From the NCBI GenBank assembly GCA_050730055.1, contig JBOHMF010000001.1, positions 1 to 48,438 on the forward strand: a stretch of 48,438 bases of DNA. Reading direction: 5' to 3'. Both the position numbers and the translations under genes were made by a program. Positions 46,812 through 48,438 of this stretch are shown here, in pieces (the stretch's first letter is position 1; every line of letters begins with the position of its first letter). The notes under the pieces are model-generated. The model was not told where the DNA came from and searched no databases. It saw only the letters and a program-made list of their open reading frames with translations. This DNA is from Stellaceae bacterium. GTDB lineage: Bacteria; Pseudomonadota; Alphaproteobacteria; ATCC43930; CGMCC-115725.

Positions 46812-48438
46812 TCAGGCGGCGCCAACCTCGACCGCGGTATCGTTAAAGCAGGCGCCTTCGGCGAGATCGGCGCGCAGATCGGCCGAAACGAGGGCGGAAA
46901 TCGTCTGCCCGGTGCGACTGGTGGCGAGCCAGACGCCCTTTTCGCTGGCGACAACCCCGGGCGGCACCGCATCGCTGATCTTGAGCGGCAGGATGACCGC
47001 GCCGCGCGCGTTCCACACCCGGACCTCGGCGCCGGCGGCAAGACCGCGCGCTGTGGCGTCCTGCGGGTTCATCAAAAGGGGCGGCGCCTTGAGCGAACCC
47101 GGCAGGTGGCCCATGGTTGAGGAGATGCGCTTGTCGGACGACGGCGAGATCAGCCGCAGCGGATAATCGGTGTCGCCCGCGCGCCAGTCCGGCAAGAGCG
47201 CCGCCGCGCCCCAGCGCGCGGCCAGACTCTCCGACTTCAGTTCGATCTTGCCCGACGGGGTCGCCGGGAAGACCGTGTCAAACAGCACCAGCGGCTGGCC
47301 GTCCGCCGCCGTCATCCGCAAGGCGTTGCGTGTCGGAATCTGGCTCGGCCGCAATCCCTTGAGGCGCGGATCGGCGGCATCGACGGCATCATCCATCAAC
47401 TCGGCATCGCTCGCCGTGAAGCACGGCTCGGCAAAACCAAAGCGGGCGGCGAGGCGACGGAAAATCTCGGTATTGGGGAGCGCTTCGCCCTGCGGCGGGA
47501 CGGCGGGTTCGGCCCGCTGCAACCAATGATGGCCATAGGAAGGATAGAGATCGGCGCATTCGAAATGCGTCGCCGCCGGCAGGACGATGTCGCAAGTGGC
47601 CATGCTCTCGGTCATCGTCACATCGATGCCGACCGCAAAGACATCCTCGCGGAGAAGCCCGCGGTGCATCCGGTTCTGGTCCGGGTGAACGACGGCCGGG
47701 TTGTGGTTGTAGATGAATACCGCGCGCAGCGGCGGATCGAGATCGTCCTCGGCGAGATGCCGGCCGACATCGAGAATGTTGATCGTGCGCGTCGGCGCGG
47801 GCATCAGATCGGGCCGCTGCAAGCGGTCCGGGGTCTTGGGAAAGGCGTTGCTCGCGCCCAGGACGATGCCGCTGCCGCGGCCCAGTTTGCCGGTGAGGGC
47901 CGGCAGCGCGATGATCGCGCGGATGGCGCTGCCGCCATTGCGGCCGCGTTCGAGACCGTTGCCCGGCGCAAACACGACCGGGTCGGCCTCGGCGAGCCAT
48001 CGCGCCAGGGTCAGGATCTGCCCTTCCGGAATGCCGCAGACAGCCGCCGCGCGCGCCGCCGGCCAGGTGCGCGCCCGCGCCATGAACTCCTCAAGGCCGA
48101 GCACATGCGCGGCAATAAAGGCGTTGTCAAAGGCCCCGAGCCGTTCGAGTTCAACCGCCAGCGACCAGGCCAGGAGCGTGTCGGTGCCGGGTTGCACGGC
48201 GAGGTGCAGATCGGCCTGCTCGGCGATCTTGGTGCGCAGCGGGTCGATGACGACAAGCCGCCCGCCCCTGCGTTTGGCGCGGCGGACGCCGCGCGCGATG
48301 TGCAGGTTCGATACCGTGGCGTTGTTGCTCCACAGGATGTTGAGCGCGGCGTTCTCGGCAAATTCGGGTGGAACGCCGGGCACCGCGCCGTAGGTCCCGG
48401 CCCAGGCTTCGCTGCGCACCCCGCCGCACAAGGCGCGG
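46812..48438 (-). CDS. molybdopterin (bis-MGD) oxidoreductase family protein; N-terminus lies outside the window
   Basis: ..GGRLVVIDPLRTKIAEQADLHLAVQPGTDTLLAW.. and a C-terminal beta-barrel MGD-binding domain (..MNPQDA.ARGL..G..VRVWN.RG...). The N-terminal Fe-S/Cys region is missing, so the gene continues past 48438. Confidence 0.8.
   Translation of the reverse strand, partial: RALCGGVRSEAWAGTYGAVPGVPPEFAENAALNILWSNNATVSNLHIARGVRRAKRRGGRLVVIDPLRTKIAEQADLHLAVQPGTDTLLAWSLAVELERLGAFDNAFIAAHVLGLEEFMARARTWPAARAAAVCGIPEGQILTLARWLAEADPVVFAPGNGLERGRNGGSAIRAIIALPALTGKLGRGSGIVLGASNAFPKTPDRLQRPDLMPAPTRTINILDVGRHLAEDDLDPPLRAVFIYNHNPAVVHPDQNRMHRGLLREDVFAVGIDVTMTESMATCDIVLPAATHFECADLYPSYGHHWLQRAEPAVPPQGEALPNTEIFRRLAARFGFAEPCFTASDAELMDDAVDAADPRLKGLRPSQIPTRNALRMTAADGQPLVLFDTVFPATPSGKIELKSESLAARWGAAALLPDWRAGDTDYPLRLISPSSDKRISSTMGHLPGSLKAPPLLMNPQDATARGLAAGAEVRVWNARGAVILPLKISDAVPPGVVASEKGVWLATSRTGQTISALVSADLRADLAEGACFNDTAVEVGAA

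Overview
This is a high-GC, gene-dense chromosomal window. The secA / argJ / mutT neighbourhood and the tRNA-Lys suggest an alphaproteobacterium, but that is inference only. About 50 genes are callable.

Gene content:
- A complete ugpBAEC sn-glycerol-3-phosphate ABC importer and glpD.
- Housekeeping secA, tRNA-Lys(CUU), argJ and a MutT-like NUDIX gene.
- A large patchwork of aromatic / N-heterocycle catabolic genes: hpaB-like hydroxylase, hpaH hydratase, VOC dioxygenases, RidA, an RraA-fold aldolase, amidase, amidohydrolase-2, nitronate monooxygenase, two LLM oxidoreductases and a maleate-isomerase-like gene.
- Three xanthine-dehydrogenase-family molybdenum large subunits, but only one coxM/coxS-type partner set.
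- Two acyl-CoA dehydrogenases and a partial molybdopterin oxidoreductase.

I saw no rRNA, CRISPR array, IS element, integrase or recognisable transcription factor.

The standout is a roughly 2 kb low-GC islet at about 5940-8060, wedged between ugpB and glpD. It carries only two overlapping genes: a phage Gp37/Gp68-type DUF5131 'three-Cys' protein and its TcmP partner, which shows methyltransferase-like motifs. This is a conserved but functionally uncharacterised pair and my best candidate for an undescribed nucleic-acid-modification or defence-type system.

Secondary oddities:
- A DsrEFH/TusBCD-like sulfur-relay trio inside an hpa-like cluster.
- A MoaD/ThiS-like GG-terminated protein coupled to an orphan molybdenum large subunit.
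- A decaying HpcH/HpaI aldolase gene.
- A nested-palindrome REP-like element inside the ugp operon.

All protein family calls rest on reading the translations by eye. No database search was run.
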